From Mobula hypostoma (lineage: Eukaryota): a DNA stretch of 64,000 nucleotides. The DNA lies in assembly GCF_963921235.1 (NCBI RefSeq), contig NC_086108.1, forward strand, positions 79,300,001-79,364,000, written 5' to 3'. The notes under the pieces are model-generated. The model was not told the origin of the DNA and searched no databases. It was given only the letters and a program-made list of their open reading frames with translations. Position numbers and translations under genes: made by a program. This document shows positions 60,340 to 64,000 of the stretch, in pieces; position 1 is the first letter of the stretch; each line of letters begins with the position of its first letter.

Positions 60340-61180
60340 GAGAGATCTGGAGAAGGTCAAGTCCAGATTATAACAAAATGGATTCAGAATGAAGCTTGCA
60401 AAATGCAAATACCTGCAAAGGTCAGTGGAATACCTGTACGCTCAAACTTGATTGACCTGCATTCTGCTCTGTGTTACCTCACCAATAGAGCTTAGGTTAT
60501 TCTTGGATTTGTTGAGTTATTACGGCTATTTCCTCACTAACCTGTCGACCTTGCTACAGTCATTACATGACATGATGCAAGCATAGACAAGATATAATGG
60601 GACTCCTCCAGGTAAAGAGGCACTTCAGCATTGACTGTTAAATTGCAAGTGGCTAGTACACTACGATTCAGGTAAGCCTCTGAGATTTGTTTTTGATGCA
60701 TCACCATAAGGAGTGCGTGCAGTCAAATGACATGCAGTTCTTCAAGAGCAGAACATCTTTTCACTTTAATGTCCAGATCTGATACCAGATGAATGGAGTT
60801 ATGCTCAAAGTGAAAAAGAAGCATTTAGCTTGATTTTGGAGGGGTAGGGGTGAAGAAATTTCGTAATTATTTGTATGATCAATAATTTAGACTGCTGATG
60901 GATCACAAACTTTTCTTGACCAAACTTGTGCCAAAGTTAACAATATTGATTCCTGCAGCATAACAATGCAATTCTTAATTTTTATTTGCTGACAGCTATG
61001 AAAATGAAGGCCAAAGTTTTTGGGATTATGTTAATATTGATCTGCTATCTCATCCATGTAAATATCATACAAGAAGTGATTGTGATGGAGAATTATTTCA
61101 AGTATTGCAAACAAGGGGCCTATCTGCGCCATCATGTGAAAATACATGGGAAACAAGTTGGGATCCTGTCCTGATATGGA
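60340..61180 (+). pseudogene. Decayed Ty3/Gypsy pol fragment (RT end and RNase H)
   Basis: ELRLFLDLLSYYGYFLTNLSTLL, HYDSGKPLRFVFDASP*GV, YAQSEKEA, VKKFRNYLY, MDHK, read by hand across stops. Confidence 0.8.
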
Positions 61181-61199
61181 CAAGTGAAAGTGTGAATAG

Positions 61200-61760
61200 A
61201 ATGGAAATTGGGGGTTAAAATGATGAAATATGTGAGTGCAATGTGTGCATACAAAATGGAGCACCAATAGAGTCATCAATGCAAGGGGAAAGAGGTAAAA
61301 ACAAGGATCTCAATAGGACTGTTCCACATATCCCAAAACGAGCTTGGGCCTTGTGGGTTCCTGTTTCTACTGTATATTTGGAGAAGGCAAGTGGAGTTAC
61401 AGATGGAATTGTTCAATGTGGGAGTAAAGTCAGTCAAACAAATGTAGGTGTTGGTGTTGGAGGAAGAAGTCACAAGCTCTCAGGAATGGAGGTATAGAGT
61501 GATTAGATACTGAGGTTGAACAGGGCTTGGTTGTGACTTGGAAACTATCAAAGTAGTGGTTGGCATCGGGGGGAGGGGTTCATGTATGTAATTGGAAAGA
61601 GGCTGGAGAAGGAGAGACAATATGGTATCAAGGCAGGGAGAAGTAAGCAAGAACAAGTTGAAACAATGGGTCTATCAGGATACTGAAGAAGGAGTAGAAA
61701 CAGAATGTATGGGATTGTGAGGGAAGACCTCTCAAGCAAATGAAGTCAATGACTGTCTTG
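61200..61760 (-). pseudogene. Highly decayed PLE reverse transcriptase fragment
   Basis: PDRPIVSTCSC and SLYTSIP remnants on the minus strand. Confidence 0.6.
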
Positions 61761-63792
61761 GATCCAATGGTCTCACATTCAGTGATATTCAATGTTGAAA
61801 GTCATTCTCAGTGAGACAGAGCTACAACATTAATGAGAATGTTGGGGCTAGTCATAAATTAACAGACAACACAAGTGTGGAGGACGACACAGGACTGAGT
61901 AAGGCCAGCGGAAAAATTGAGTCAATCTTGCATCAGAAGTTAATAATCAATAGATCAAGTGAAAGTAAAGAGCGAGAAAGAGGGATCCAAGGAATTCTAA
62001 AAAATGGGAGAAAAGGTCTACAGTCTGCATTGAAGACTCCTGACCTAAAACTGGCCAGTGCGGTAAGGGCAGCAAAAGAAAAGTTCAAGTTTATCTCAGA
62101 CCTGGGATTAATTGAGCCAGGAACATAGGAGAAAGAAAGTGAGGCCTTTGCTGAGGATTGTTTCAAATCAGAGAATGGATACAGAAAACAAAGCAGGGTA
62201 AGACTGCAGGAACAGATAGAGGTCAAAGGAAAATGGAAATGAAAAAAGATCCAGAGCAAAATTATAATTCAAGAACTTTTGAGATTTGTAATCATTGATG
62301 CCTGAAGATGAGGAAATGTCCCTTGTTGAAGTATGAATATTTGATGAACAGAATATTTGGTGCTTAAGTGAAATTAATTTTGACATAACAAAAACATATT
62401 CATTGAATTTTCCTAATTGTCTTGCATCGTGAATTGGTCCAGTTTTGTCTCTGATTAAAACTGACAAGAGCACAAAATGCATTGCACACATGCAAATATG
62501 GCACTTTCTTTCAGATTCAGATGAACCTCAGTGGGAGATGGTTTATGCAGAAGAACAAACAATATATATTGAAAGTTATCTTGCATAGTATTTAGAAAAT
62601 AAATTACAAATCCATGTTGTATTCTTTCTTAACTTAATAATCTTTTACGTTTTATCATTATGGCTTCACTGATGCATAGTTATACCAGGAAAAGTTGCTT
62701 CTATTAGTCTGCCATATGAGTCACATTGATATACAAACAAAAACAATTGAATAATGCATCCTACAAGCTGTATAAAAATTTTAGAGATGAGGATAATATC
62801 CTTTACATAGAATCACGTAAAACTTCAAGCAGACTCTGTGAACCTGCCTGTAACTATGAAATGCACAATGAAAAATCAATTGCTATTTTCTGATAGATAC
62901 CATGTATTATGTCAAACTGTAAAGGCAATGAAATTCCATTTTGTTTATCTACAGAAGCTGCAGTGTTTCTGATCTCTATCCTGTCATGTGGATTTAAAAT
63001 CCCACATAAATAATGGGTTAGAATCATCAAAGTTTAAAGGAAAATTTTCAAGAATCCATGATATACCAAGAATAGAAAAGATAAGTAGACGCACAATAAT
63101 GTATAAGCTTGATTTTCTTCCCTATCACTCTCCTGAAGCCTCTGTACAACACCCTTTTTCACATCTCAGGTCAAGGGAATAGAGCTGGTTGATTGCTCTT
63201 AGGGTTCTTTGTAGCTGGCAAATTAAATTGTAGAATGGCACCACCTCTGTTTAAATCTGTCTTGTGTGCAACTATAATCTGCAGTCGGTAAGAACCTGGC
63301 ATGATACAACTTCAGTGCCTGAAAGTTTGAGTATTAAACATGGGATTTACTAGCGCTAGAATTTACAACCAAAATAATGAAGAGGCTAATCATGCTCACT
63401 GTTATGTAAGAGCAAATACCCAGTAACATAAAATGTGGATAGATGTCGAATTAAATGTGGAAATTCAAAAGATGCTGGCAGAGTTGCTCTGCTCTAACAT
63501 TGATAATGGCCAAACAGCTTCTCACCACTGAAGTATAGTGGATGGCATCAAATTTCTTTTGTGCAATGCACGGAAACTATAAACTCATTAAGAAGAGGAT
63601 TTGTCTTGTCTATTTCACTTCCACAGAAGAATTCTCATAGCAATATAACACAATTTAATTATGACAATCTTCTTGGTCCCTATTTTGATGTTTTAAGTAG
63701 ATTTTAAAAATTACAACAGTTTCTTTTACTTTTATTTTCTGTCACTTTTCTATGCCCCTCATTCTTAATCCACTTTTGTTTTTCTTTTTCAG

Positions 63793-63814
63793 ACTCAAAA
63801 AATATATGGATCTC
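63793..63814 (+). other. Candidate 22-nt micro-exon of an unidentified host transcript
   Basis: About 70-nt pyrimidine tract ending TTTTTCAG, followed 22 nt later by GTGAGT; lies in non-repetitive sequence. Confidence 0.4.
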
Positions 63815-64000
63815 GTGAGTTTCAGAATTTTTCAAAGTGGTTGTGTACAAAGAACTTCATGTACAAAGTGATTAGAATGTGAAACTCGCCACCACAAAGA
63901 TGTCTGGAGAATAGGAACGATGTATTTAAGGAGAAGCTAAATAAACATGTAAGGAGAAAGACATTGGATATTATGCTAAAAGGGGGAGGAGTTAAAGAAC

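Overview
AT-rich vertebrate genomic DNA. The repeat families (HER1/CR1 LINEs with (TTTCTATG)n tails, an HE1-type V-SINE, Penelope tails) point to a cartilaginous fish, probably a ray; this is inference. I recognise no host protein-coding gene, only a few candidate + strand micro-exons, so the window looks intronic or intergenic. Roughly half of it is nested transposable elements: many CR1 LINEs including one apparently intact two-ORF copy (37272-41388, -), Rex1/Babar fragments, Penelope-like elements (PLEs), two R4/Dong elements in (TAA)n tracts, an L1 3' fragment, an Ingi/Vingi-like LINE with a fold-back 5' end, RTE-derived non-coding elements, tRNA-SINEs, three DNA-transposon MITEs, a probable solo LTR and a decayed Gypsy pol. 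Best leads: (1) a U_UUA_AAC slippery heptamer placed exactly at the ORF1/ORF2 (-1 frame) junction of two different CR1 copies, suggesting programmed -1 frameshifting; (2) minimal hammerhead ribozymes in the PLE termini, plus one PLE insertion whose inversion point lies in the decayed hammerhead; (3) an apparent ORF1 swap between CR1 subfamilies. Boundaries of decayed elements are approximate unless a target-site duplication (TSD) is quoted.
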